Below, one piece after another: positions 45,970 through 57,944 of a DNA stretch of 64,000 nt; positions within the stretch are counted from its first letter, which is position 1; the number at the start of each line of letters is the position of its first letter. The translations under genes were made by a program, and so were the position numbers. The notes below the pieces were generated by a model. The model was not told the DNA's origin. It searched no databases and was given only the letters and a program-made list of their open reading frames with translations. Source of the stretch: Macrostomum lignano (lineage: Eukaryota); the NCBI GenBank assembly GCA_002269645.1, contig NIVC01002877.1, positions 15,777-79,776 on the forward strand. Direction: 5' to 3'.

Positions 45970-47472
45970 GTGGCGACAGCAAAAGTTCACGAGCTCATGC
46001 TTTGAGCTCAGCATCCGAGAGGCCGAGTCACCAGTGAGCTGCATGTGAGCGGGAAGATGAAACGCCTGCAGCTGGATCCCAGACTCGAGGCACAGGAGGA
46101 CCACCGTCTGGTAGATTCGAATAAGCGATGGATGCCTGCAGGACAGCTTTTCGGATTAGACCACCACCCGGCTGTTGAGATGCTCGTGGAAGCGCAGGAT
46201 GTTGAGGAGCGGAGCCAGGGCCTCCTTGTAGTTGATGTGGAGGTCTTTGAATTCTGACTCGAAGTCGTGCTCCCAGCTGAAGTACGCCCAGTCGTTGAAG
46301 CGGGTGCCGCTTACGATGCCAGCGGCGCCCTCGGAGCTGCTGTCGGACTCGATGGTTACCAATTGGTGAAAGCACGGGTGCAGCGGCGTAGGTGGCAGCG
46401 AATCCACTGCCTGCAGCCACCATTGCAGCAGATCGCGAGCTTCTTGAGGCAGCCGGAGATCTCGACCGTCGCTGATGAGGTCAAAAAGCGGGCGAAGAGA
46501 CGGATGCAGCAGCTTGTTGATCTAGCCCAACCAGCACAGCTTCCCGGCCAGCCTCTCCAGCTGCTTGAGCTTGACAATCTCACGGGAGAGGCAGTCCTTC
46601 AGCAAATCCCTGGTGCTGGCGGCCTTGTCCATGGGTAGCGACAGCGTGCAGTCAATTGTGTCGATTTGAACGCTGAGGAAGACCATCTGCTGTGTTGGGG
46701 CCGTGGACTTGCTCCAGTTGATGGTGAAGCCCAGGTCTTGCAGGAGGTGCACCAGGTAGTCGTAAGCGCATTCAGCTGCTTCCTGTGAGTCGCCGGCAAC
46801 CGCCCAGTCGTCCAGGTAGTTGACCGTAGCTTGGAAGCCTTGCCTAAGCATGTGGCGATAAATGGCGGCTGAGAGACGGTGAAAGATCTCGCAAGAGGCC
46901 GAGCACCGAATGGCAGCCGGGAGTCGACGAGCACCGATGATTCGGTGTCAGCTGCGAAACGCCAGCTGAGGCCCGTCAACGCCTGATCGTCCGGGTGGAT
47001 GCCGACAGAGCGGTAGGCCTGCTTCAGATCGACCTTGCCGATAAACGAGCCGGGCCGGATGTGACGCAGCAGATCCTGCACGGAGGAGAATCTCAGACTC
47101 CGCCCCTGCTCATAGCTGTCGTTGACCGAAGAGCCGGAAGGACTGGACAGATCGTGAATGATCCGAACACTGCCGTCAGACTTAGGGATCGCGCCGATAG
47201 CGTTCACTATGACGCGTCCGCTAGCGTTCACTATGACGCGTCCGCTAGCGGGTTTTAAGCGGCCAAGGCGGCCGGAGCTCTTCAGAGAGTTGCTTGTCCA
47301 CCTGCTCGGCATGGTCAGTAGCAGAACGGTAGTTGGCAGAATTCGTGAAGGCAGGCGGAGGTTTGTTCATGAGGCGGAAGCCGTTATGAAGGCCTTTTCG
47401 GAGGAATCTCTCGTCTGGGTCGTTGCGTAGCAAAAGATTCCAAGAAGCCAGGTTCATGTCAGAAGACAGCAC
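45970..47472 (-). pseudogene. Frameshifted RT-RNase H of second Ngaro
   Basis: AIGAIPKSDGSVRIIHDLS, KVDLKQAYRSV, LPFG, YLDD, IESDSS and HINYKE are spread over several frames. A 24-bp tandem duplication lies at ~47197-47245. Confidence 0.88.
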
Positions 47473-47979
47473 CCTATGCGGCGGGGGAGGCGGGTCGGGT
47501 TGGCGGGCAGGGGTGATAGGTAATCATTGCTTAGTTAAATATTATTTTATAGATAGGCCTAAACAAATAATTAATAAACCATAGGGGCATAGGCCTTAGT
47601 CAAATAATTATATTTATATAAATTTGTCTAATATTACTTTTATTAGAAAGTTAACTAGGCTAACAAATAAAAAAATCTATACTTAAAAATAAATAGACCT
47701 ATAGAATATAATATTGATGCATTATTTTTAAAATGGTATGATATAAAAATAATACAGCTTCTTATAGCCCATTTGGGCTTATAAACATTGAATTTAATAA
47801 AATGTTGCTGTTTCAGCCTTGTTACCATAGACAAAAGCCCTATTATATTGGCAAATATATCTTCAATTAAATTCAATATGTATAAAATCAAATGGGCTAC
47901 AAAAAGCAATGAATAAATTATTTTCTTTACTCATATTTTTCAGAAACTACTAGGCCCTATTTAATAACAGCCTAACCAA

Positions 47980-49123
47980 ATGGCCATACTTGGATTAGTT
48001 CTATCTGCTATAGCCAGTAATGTGCTTGGCAGTCTATGGTATTCTCCTATGCTGTTTGGCACAACTTGGTGCTTGCTAGTGCACAAATGCCAGCCATGCC
48101 AACTGAAGCTCAGCACCAGCTCTGCTGTCACTATCTATGGCCTGACCACAGCTGGCAATCTAACTACTCTAGTACTGTTGCGCCTGGCCATTAGCCAGTT
48201 TGTGGCCAATTGGCAGCAACTGTTCTGTCTGGCCAGTGCTGCTTTTGCTCTGATTGTTGGTAATCAGGTATGCTCTATCTGCTTAAAAGTAATCTCCATA
48301 GAGCGCAAAATAGAATCAGTGTCAGAGGGTGCCATAGTGGAGCAATTGGTGCCAAGCAGAATCAGTGTCAGAGGGTGCCATAGTGGAGCACTTGGCGCCA
48401 AACAGAATCGGTGTCAGAGGGTGCCATACTGGAGCACTTGGCGCCAAGCAGAATCAGTGTCAGAGGGTGTCATACTGGAGCACTTGGCGCCAAACAGAAT
48501 CGGTGTCAGAGGGTGCCATACTGGAGCACTTGGCGCCAAGCAGAATCAGTGTCAGAGGGTGCCATACTGGAGCACTTGGCGCCAAGCAGAATCAGTGTCA
48601 GAGGGTGCCATACTGGAGCACTTGGCGCCAAACAGAATCAGTGTCAGAGGGTGTCATACTGGAGCAATTGGCGCCAAGCAGAATCAGTGTCAGAGGGTGC
48701 CATACTGGAGCAATTGGCGCCAAGCAGAATCAGTGTCAGAGGGTGCCATACTGGAGCAATTGGCGCCAAGCAGAATCAGTGTCAGAGGGTGCCATACTGG
48801 AGCACTTGGCGCCAAGCAGAATCAGTGTCAGAGGGTGCCATACTGGAGCAATTGGCGCCAAGCAGAATCAGTGTCAGAGGGTGCCATACTGGAGCAATTG
48901 GCGCCAAGCAGAATCAGTGTCGAGAGCGCCATACTTGGGCAAACATAACTAGTTGCTTATCAACCAGGCGTTACCTGAGAAAGCGCCTTTCCCGCTCCAA
49001 TCCTTGCAGCTGCCGCACTATCTGTTCCAGAGCAGTCCGCTGCCGCTCTACTGGATCAACTTCGGGTACGATGCGGCTGTCATTTTTATTGGCTGCGTCC
49101 TTATGTTTGCTGTGCCTATCTGA
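47980..49123 (+). CDS. DUF1761-like small multi-pass membrane protein (133 aa); join(47980..48267, 49010..49123)
   Basis: Exon 1 has IASNVLGSLWYSPMLFGTTW and ends CAG|GTATGC (phase 0). Exon 2 after TCCTTGCAG| reads LPHYLFQSSPLPLYWINFGYDAAVIFIGCVLMFAVPI*. Both ends match my recollection of the DUF1761 pattern (LWYSxxLFGxxW ... F....L..IN.GY). Confidence 0.7.
48312..48921. repeat. 46-bp minisatellite, ~13 copies, intronic
   Basis: Unit GCAGAATCAGTGTCAGAGGGTGCCATACTGGAGCA(C/A)TTGGCGCCAA. Confidence 0.95.
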
Positions 49124-49628
49124 ACTAAGCCAACATTTTCGATTTTCCCTAAAACTCTTGCAATAAGATTAATCAATTTTTTTTTTAATTCAGTTTGTTC
49201 TCTTAATATTTGTTACTCGCTACTCAATTAACAGCCGTTGTATCAGTAGTAGTTTAGGGATATATATCCCAGTTTTATCTATCGGTGCTAGTATTTTTAT
49301 TTGTAAGTTTTATTATTATTTATCTGTCTTCTGGCAAAAACTCATCCAAATTCAAAGCATTTCTCTCTGTTGCAAATAGAAATTTTACTCTCAGTCCGAG
49401 AGCAAAGCCAAAAAGCCTTTTGTTGCAGTTCTATTTTGTGCATCAACATTTTAAGCAACTTGATTGAAAAAAGTAAAAAAATTGTGTTGGTGCCAGTTTT
49501 TTTACATTTTTCGACAGCTCCATGTAGAACTAATTGTAGAGCACGTCTACGGCTAGTCTACTTCCAAAATAGGCCTGTTGTCTGTCGTAGTTGGCTACTC
49601 TGGTAGCTGACAATGCAATTTTAGGAGA

Positions 49629-50133
<505 letters not shown>

Positions 50134-50266
50134 CTATCGAGGCCTACCGCGGCGCCTCCGGTCTGGTCAAAGCAATTCAGCAGGTGCAAATCTTGAATGC
50201 TGAAACGGACCCCCGCTGCGCGTGACAGGCCCTGACGCACTGCCCGATTGAAAATCGGGGGCCCCA

Positions 50267-50800
50267 TCGGCACTGACTGCCGACGGATCGGCACTGGTCT
50301 GTCGGCACTCAGAGTGTCCGGTAAAGTGGCTCATATCGGCACCGACGGTCGGTACTGTCGGTACTGAACATCGGCACTCGCCGTCGGCACTGACCTAGAG
50401 CCTTCGCCGCACCCTCGCCCATTCGCCGTCGGCACTCATGTCGACACTCCCGTCGGCACTCATGTCGGCACTCCCATCGGCACTCCCATCGGCACTCATG
50501 TCGGCACTCCCGTCGGCACTCCCGTCGGCACTCCCGTCGGCACTCATGTCGGCACTCCCGTCGGCACTCACATCGGCACTCATCGACACTCCCGTCGGCA
50601 CTCCCGTCGGCACTCAAATCGGCACTCATCGACACTCCCGTCGGCACTAAATCGGCACTCATATCGGCACTCAAATCGGCACTCATCGATACTCCCATCG
50701 GCACTAAATCGGCACCCCTGTCGGCACGTAGGCCCGTAGGCCCGTATATCGGTACTCCATCGGCACTCATGTCAACCCTCATATCGGTACTCACATTGGC
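50267..50800. repeat. Left subterminal repeat array (GTCGGCACTCCC-like 12-mers)
   Basis: Dozens of (G/A)TCG(G/A)CACT(C/A) motifs, mostly at 12-bp spacing. Confidence 0.9.
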
Positions 50801-51823
50801 ACTCATTGGCCCTCGTGTCGGCTCCCATATATCGGAGGCATTTTGTGTCGTGAATCAATGGAATAGTTAATTACGTTATTAGTGTAATGGCAAAATTATA
50901 TTAAAATAAAATTAGACCTGTGGACGTGAGACAGCAATTTAACTCCAGCATCACTGAATCACCGTACACGTACCACGTACATGTATCCCCTATCGAGCAT
51001 GCGTTCCATAAAGAAGTGGCAGGTAATGCAGGAAATATGGACAGAACAGTGTAATTGTCACATAGATGGTGGCCAAAAGTAGATACATGTATAAATATTA
51101 CCCATTTATTTGGATGACTAGCCTTGTAAAGGCTCGACAGTTGACCGAGGCGAAAGCAGAAGGGAATTGGTGCCAATCGACAACTGTTGCGTGGGGATGG
51201 TAGGCAACGAATTATTCACGTATAAAAATAAACAAATAATAAAACAGAAACTGAACCCTGCAGAGAGACTCGGATTTTGGGCACACGTACGCGTGCTATG
51301 TGTTCTGTTAAAAGGAAATGACACACAATTTAATAAAATGCTGCCCCTTCGTTTGCTACTACAACTACTACTTCTACTACTACAGCTAGCGTCTACCTAC
51401 TTCTGGAAGTAACTGGACCTACGTTATACTTTGCTACTTATATTACTAATCACTTATAGCGGGACCTCCAAATACCATCCGACTCCCATAAATGTCTGAG
51501 GTGGGGTGGGGTTTGAGGTGAATGCTCGCATCGGAAATGTAAGCGGGTCTTTGGTGGTCATTACGGTATAAGCAGGTGCAAACTAATGCTCAAAACTTAA
51601 AACTTAAAACTTAAACGTAAAAGCTTAAAACTAACTTCTTAGCTATAATGCTATACGCATTTAGAGTAATGCTAGAAGAGTAAGGAAACTAAGGCTATAT
51701 AATACTTTTTTCTTCAAGGGTCTATCAATGGCATCGTGGACGTTACGTGGTCCCCCAACTGTGCTAGGAATTATGCTTCAATACTTTAATTAAACATACA
51801 ATCCCCGCGTCCTAGACCCCGAC

Positions 51824-54030
51824 TTAGGCCCCTAGATCGCTGTCGCCCTTGTCGCCGTCGACATGGGCCGTGTCGCTGCTGGGGCCAGTGCCGCTGCCGT
51901 TGCCAGTGCCGCTGCTGGGGCCACTGCCGCTGCTGGGGCCAGTGCCGCTGCCGTTGCCAGTGCCGCTGCCCTTGCCAGTGCCGCTGCTGGGGCCAGTGCC
52001 GCTGCCGTTGCCAGTGCCGTTGCTGGGGCCAGTGCCGCTGCCGTTGCCAGTGCCGCTGCTGGGGCCAGTGCCGCTGCCGTTGCCAGTGCCGCTGCTGGGG
52101 CCAGTGCCGCTGCCATTGCCAGTGCCGCTGCTGGGGCCAGTGCCGCTGCCGTTGCCAGTGCCGCTGCCGTTGCCAGTGCCGCGGCCGTGGCCGGTGCCGC
52201 TGCGATGGCTAGAGGCCGGCCGGCTGCTATCGCTCTTATGTTTTTTGCTGTTGTGGGTGCCGTGGCCAAAAGCCGACTTTGAATGACGGCTGTCGTCCTC
52301 ATCAACACCATCGGGCCTGCTGCGCTTGCTGCTCTTCCGGATGGAAGCGCCGTCCCCGCTGGTGGGCGCCTCCTTGTCGGTCCGCCTTCGCTTCTGATGC
52401 TGGCTGGCACTGCCGGCGTCAGCATCAGCCTGATCATCAGCAGTTCCGGTGGCAGCGGTGGGGTTCTGATCGTCAGGCCTGCTGTTGGCCTTGTTAGCGG
52501 ATTCGCGTTTGGTCTTGTTCCTGCATGCGGTGGGCGTGGAAGATTAGGAAATGGAAAGTGCATCTAATTAACTACATATCGACAAGCATTCCAGGAATCC
52601 TTTATTCCCAATCATATGGCATACTGTTGTTTAAGCAGTATATAAGGCACGTAGTGCACTATTACAGTATTATATTACCGTAGTTATGCAGCCCATATAA
52701 CCATTGCCACTGCTACCCTTTGTACTAGTGCTACCACTTTTATGATAGAACACCGTATTCCTTACCGCAAGGTGACCTCCTTCACTGCGCCGAAAGCACG
52801 CCCCAGCAGGCAGGTTCCACTGCTGGGGTCCGTAGTCGGAACTTTGACGTCGCTTAGGAAGGCAATAATGGCCTCCCTTTTGGCCTCAGGGATGGGCGGC
52901 AGGTTTCTTCCGCCGTCCCACTGGCGACCGGTGAAGGAGCAATTCAGCTGCTCCTCCTCCGTGAAAACTTCACGACAGAGAAGGCGCAGAAGCGCCTTCT
53001 GGCTCGTCTGCGTTTTTTGCCTATGGAACGCTGCTACGGTGCTGCGCATCGGGCCGAAGAAACTGTGCCTAACAAAGACAGCCGGGTGAGACCCTACTAG
53101 CGGTACCAACTCATCATCCGAGTTCCTCGCCGTCTGGGATGCTTCGTCCAGCCTTGGGAGCGCACACCGCATGCTAGCCGCGACCGTCGATCGCAGTGCG
53201 CCACTCAAGCTTCCAAGCCGCGAATCCGCGGGCGCCGTGGCACTGGCCGTGACGTCTACCATGTCCCCGCCTCCCACAGAGGCCATGGATGGCATCTGAA
53301 GTGTGTGATCTGCGATCTTCATACCACACGACTCATCACTGGACGCGATTGCTGCAGCTGTCTGCTCCATGAGCTCCTGTTGAGCACTTCCCAGGCAAAC
53401 AGCCGTCTTGTGCATGGCCTGCAGCAGCGTCTGCTGTATCGCCGTCACCGCTTTGAGCTGATCTGCCGATCGACGCCAGCGCTCGTAGAAGACGTCATGA
53501 GCACCTTGCTGTTCAGCGTCCCCCAGCTGTTCCAGCTCCTTCTTCGCCACGTCCAGCTCCGAACGCAGTTTTTCCACCTTTCGCTCCAGGTCCTCCACCA
53601 CAGCACTGTGGACCTCCCGCTGGGACTCTTGCAGGTCCTGCATCTGGCGGAGACGCGTCTTCAGGGTGCCAACCTCCTGCCGGTAGCTGGCGCACATGCT
53701 GCAACCGTCGTCCGGGAGGTCAACAGCGCCACTGGCCACCAGGAACTTCTTCCGGAATTTCCCAAGCTCCTTTAGGGCTGTATTCCGTGGACCAGCAATT
53801 GGTCCGTGTACCAGTTCGACAGCTTGCGCCTTGCTTCGCTGGCTAGTACGGGCCTCTACGTGCTGCCCTTCCGCATAGGGGCCGCTGCCTGACGTACCTT
53901 CGGCCTTGATGTACTCCTCAGAGAACAGGTCGTTTTCGCCGGCGCTGCGTCCGGCGAGAATCTTGCCAACCCAGTAGCGTGGAAATTGTTGGTCATTAGT
54001 CGTCGTACGCTTGCGTCTGGCGTTCAGCAT
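51824..54030 (-). CDS. Coiled-coil + BEN-domain protein with Gly/Ser-rich tail (~653 aa); join(54030..52766, 52520..51824)
   Basis: Coiled coil (LKTRLRQMQDLQ...LEQL) and BEN-like LLRLLCREVFTEEEQLNCSFTGR...LPPIPEAKREAIIAF. The donor CG|GTAAGG and acceptor CATGCAG|G are both phase 2. Exon 2 reads NKTKRES...(GTGNGS/GTGPSS)n...DSDLGA*. Confidence 0.75.
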
Positions 54031-54150
54031 TTTCTATGGGCGTAACTTGCAGACGCTTGTTCTAATCAACGCTGCTTCGAAAAGTGGTGGTCCGGGTGCT
54101 GGAAAATCGGATATTGAGGCGTCACTTGTAGATTCATGCCTGTCAGTAAG

Positions 54151-54292
54151 CAGTGTTGGGCACTAACTAGTTAAATAGTTTACTAGTTATTAACGAAGTT
54201 AGTGTTTCACTAACTTTTAGCAGTTTTCCGTTACTTAATTTCTTTTCAACGAACCTAATGCCCCCCTTAAAAAATTGCTGGCTGCGCCACTG

Positions 54293-54342
<50 letters not shown>

Positions 54343-54635
54343 CCTCTCTATCTCTCTCTCTCTCTCGCTCTCTCCCACTGTCTCTCTCTGTCTTGGTCTC
54401 TCCCGAAATTGGGCCATTGGCACAAAAAGTAACAGAGGAGAGGATGCGGAGAGGAAAAATGAACTAAGTACTTTGTATTACTACAGTAATATGCGGAAAG
54501 TTAACTTTTTAACTTAAGTCACTTTTTTCTGAAAAGTTAAAAAGTTATCCAAGTTAAGTTACTTTTTTTGCCAGTTAAAGTTAACTGTTTAACTTTTAAC
54601 GAAGTTACTTTTCCAATTAACTTTGCCCAACACTG
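54151..54635. mobile_element. hAT-family MITE nested in the CACTA element
   Basis: 12-bp TIR CAGTGTTGGGCA/TGCCCAACACTG. Perfect 8-bp TSD TCAGTAAG at 54143-54150 and 54636-54643. Contains a (TC)n tract. Confidence 0.9.
54293..54390. repeat. (TC)n microsatellite
   Basis: Seen directly. Confidence 0.95.
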
Positions 54636-55372
54636 TCAGTAAGTAGGTATGCACATTATATTAAGTTGTGTATAGCTGCTGCTAATATTAATAATATTTT
54701 AAGACTTTTGAGCATATCATTTAGGAGAACATATAATAAGACTTGCCTATACTATGGCTTATATTAAGAGTACATAATAAGACACCTGCCTATACGCAAT
54801 AAACGTTCTCGACCGCATGTATTACCTACATACCTGGAAAGGTTGTAAGTACCCTAAAACAAAAGTGTAATAAGTACACCCCGATTGAAATTTCTTAGTG
54901 GGTACCTGTAGTAGTACGTCTGTGGGCGGCTTTCGCCACTCCCCTCGATCAGCGCTATTTTAGAGTCTGTCAGCGTATTGAACCCGTGATGTAAGTTGCG
55001 AAAAACGTAATTACAGTTTTTTTTATTTACATCGGTTGTCATTCGCAGATTACATGTCGCCACTTGTTACCTAATATACAGTAACGTACATTCAGATCTA
55101 CGCTATTACACGTCATCATGCCCTCCACTACTACACGCCTTATGCTGCACCAAATGACCCCATGTAGCTGTGGAAGACATATGGAAGACATGGAAAAGAT
55201 AATGGACAACACGAAACGGAAGCAGAAATATGTGAGCTGTCCCTCAGCCGTGCGACCGCTCTCGCCCTTTCATGTCATACGAACGTTTATGTGGAAATGC
55301 ATTTGTGGAAGTACACCGCATGTGCTGTAGTACGCACTAGGCGAGACGCCAAAACTTCGGTTTTTAGTAAAG

Positions 55373-55746
55373 TGCAGTAAATGCATCGTAGCACGATATT
55401 TATATGCAGTTCATCGAGGGCACTGTAAATAGGGGGAAGGAGATCGGTACATCCATTACACTACTGTCTTAAATGCTGCGTCGAAATGCGACAGATGTAT
55501 AGCTGTGCAAGATAAGACGTGCGTGGGAGACATGGAAACAAGAAAGGATGACCGGTATGTCAAAAGTAATATATATGGAGAAAAACTGGCACTGTTGCTG
55601 TGCGCACGTGGCAGGACGCCAAAACCGCACTGTCATACTGTACAGTAAATGCATAAATGCAAGGTAGCACGATATTTATATGCAGTTCATCGAGGGCACT
55701 GTAAATAGGGGGAAGGAGATCGGTACATCCATTACACTACTGTCTT
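55373..55746. repeat. ~95-bp direct repeat pair downstream of the F-box gene
   Basis: GCACGATATTTATATGCAGTTCATCGAGGGCACTGTAAATAGGGGGAAGGAGATCGGTACATCCATTACACTACTGTCT at ~55391 and ~55669. Confidence 0.9.
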
Positions 55747-55764
55747 ATGCTCACGTCATCACTG

Positions 55765-57944
55765 TCACCGCCCCATATTGGCTAGCTCCGGCAAATCAAT
55801 GCGCAGATGAATGTCACGATTTTTGTTCACGACGGCAGCGGCGTGGTGCCACATTTCAATGTTACTCGTGGGCAGTTCCGTCCAACGGATGTAAACTTCC
55901 AACAGGCTCGGGCATTCCCTGGCCAGCAGCGTCAGACAGTCCGGCGTAACGGCGGTGCCATCGAGCCACAGCCAGTTAAGGCTGGTCGCGACGGAACAGG
56001 TGCACAGACGCGATAGACTGCCATCGTCGAGGCTGGGGCAGTTTGCGAGCGTCAGTTCGAGCATTGCAGCAGAGGCGTGGTCGGCTGGACGAATACCTGC
56101 AGGAGGGAGAGTCTCCCAGGCTTTGCCCGTCACCAGCCGACAGTCCAACAAGTGCAGGCACTGCAGCTGTGGCAGCGTGAGTAACAGACAGGCCACGAGA
56201 CTGTCGTCGCAGGCGGGCCACGAGATAGTCACGTGAGTCAGGCCTGCGTACGGATGGAGAAGTGTACATAGTAGCGTCCAGTGTGCAGTGTGTAGGTCTA
56301 GAGCGGAGGCGTGCGCACCATACAGGATGAACATGCATGCCTCATAAAGACTAAGACTAACGTCACGTGCATGCACATTTGTGCGTCAAATGTAATATGC
56401 ACCACACTCACCACGACATCCGCCGAGAGCGGTCGCGAATGCAGGCTCACCGACCCTGATCCCGCAAGCTTCGTCGGTGGGCGTGACGTAAAGCTGCAGC
56501 ACTCGTAGCGACGGAGGTAGCCGAGTGCCACGGAAAACGTCGGCAGACCCGGCTGGCGCGTCCGGACTGGCAGCTATCTGGTATCTCAGCCGCGTCAAGT
56601 CGGGCAGCTCCTGGCAGGCCAACCGGAAGCCCTCCGCGCCCAGACTGAGGCAGTGGACGAGGCTTAGGCTTTGGAGCCCAGGCCAGCACTTCAGCAGTTG
56701 CCGCAGGCCCCACACGGTCAGCTTGTCGCCTGCGTCCAGATGCAGGTGACGCAGGTTGGCGCCCTTGAGGCCGACTCGTGCAGCAATTTGACCGGCGATG
56801 GCATCCGTGACGACCTGGCTGTGCACGGTCAAGCGCTGTAGCTGGTCTCCCTGCCCGCTGATGATGTCGAGCAGCACTGAGAGATAAGGAAGGGTGCATT
56901 TCGTCGTTAAAACGCATTCATTATTTAGAAAGAAATTAATGGTTGCACACAATTCCCGGAGAAGGCCTATACGTAATTACTAAGCCCACTACGAAGTGAC
57001 TATTTTTAAATGGATTGTAACAACATGCCTCGTGTAGCCCTGGCCGGAGACGGGGATGCCGGCGGGTCTAGGGTGACCTCACGCAGCCGGGTGAAGCGGC
57101 ACCAGCCTGTAGCGATGGCCGCTGCTACGGGACCAGCTGAAGTGGCAAGCATGTCTGCGCGGACATGCAACACCTGTAGGAATGCCGGAGAAGGGGGGGG
57201 TGAAGTTAATAATATTAATACATAGACAGCCATCTCGACTAAAAGGACTGTGCCATGTGACATGAGAACGTATGTGACATGGGTCATATGACCTTACTGT
57301 TTGAGCAATTATACATGCCGTATTACCTGTATGCGGCCCAGCAGTCGGCAAAAGGGTGCAGCGCACTGTGCGACGTCGCCACCAAAGATTTCCTCGCCGT
57401 CTGTCAACAGCTCCAGCTTCTCCAGTCTGGGACAACCGTCGCTCAGACTGGCCAGCGCCTCCGGGTTGAAGATGCCTGGGCATTCTGCCAATGATAGCTC
57501 CCGCAGTTGTAGGCAACTGCGACCAGCCACCGTGAGGAGGTTTGGGCCGCCGGTGTACTGGCCCATGTCCAGCAGGCGGAGCGTACGCAGCTCGCCGCAG
57601 CGCAGAAGGAGCGTGGCAGCGCGGTCGATGGCGATCGCGCTAGGCGGCTCGAACACGGTGCCCAAATCTAACTCTTTCGCCGCCGTCGCCAAGGTCATGA
57701 GCCGTGCCGCTGTGCTGTAGTCGTCCAGTGCAGTGGCGGTGACAGGCAGTCTCTCCCACAACACTGGTGCGCGGACGACGTCTGCCCAACGGCGGCATAC
57801 TTGTGCGCACACCAGCCGAGTGGGTACCGTGAGGTGCTGCAACACCTGCATGAGCAACTCCGACGGCAGCACGTCAATGGTAGGTGGGGCACGGCCGGTC
57901 GATGACTGCATCGCTCGGCAGTTCGGCGGAGCTGTAATCCACAT
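55765..57944 (-). CDS. F-box/leucine-rich-repeat protein (~555 aa); join(57944..57327, 57173..57029, 56876..56451, 56243..55765)
   Basis: F-box IDVLPSELLMQVLQHLTVPTRLVCAQVCRRWADV and FBXL-type LRRs (LRELSLAECPG, LQSLSLVHC, LQCLHLLDCRLVT, LLARECPSL). Intron phases 0/1/1 all match. Total 1668 nt is divisible by 3. Intron 2 needs a GC donor. The alternative start is 57911. Confidence 0.82.

Larger units (their letters stand above)
44790..47500 (-). mobile_element. Second, divergent Ngaro/DIRS-like YR retroelement, truncated (no gag, no complete split repeats)
   Basis: RT, RNase H and YR in the same order as in the 17-21 kb element. The 5' end abuts AT-rich DNA at ~47520. Confidence 0.88.

Noticed and set aside
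47980-49166. 322-aa, 195-aa and 251-aa ORFs running through the 46-bp repeat
   Set aside because: A good donor at 48267 and an in-phase acceptor at 49009 put the repeat in an intron.
51832-52563. Ala-rich ORF resembling type I antifreeze protein
   Set aside because: The periodicity is 6/12 rather than 11 residues. The splice phase from the BEN exon selects the Gly/Ser frame instead.
54235-54517. Ser/Leu or Glu/Arg-repeat ORFs (also 58596-59188)
   Set aside because: Translations of (TC)n microsatellites.
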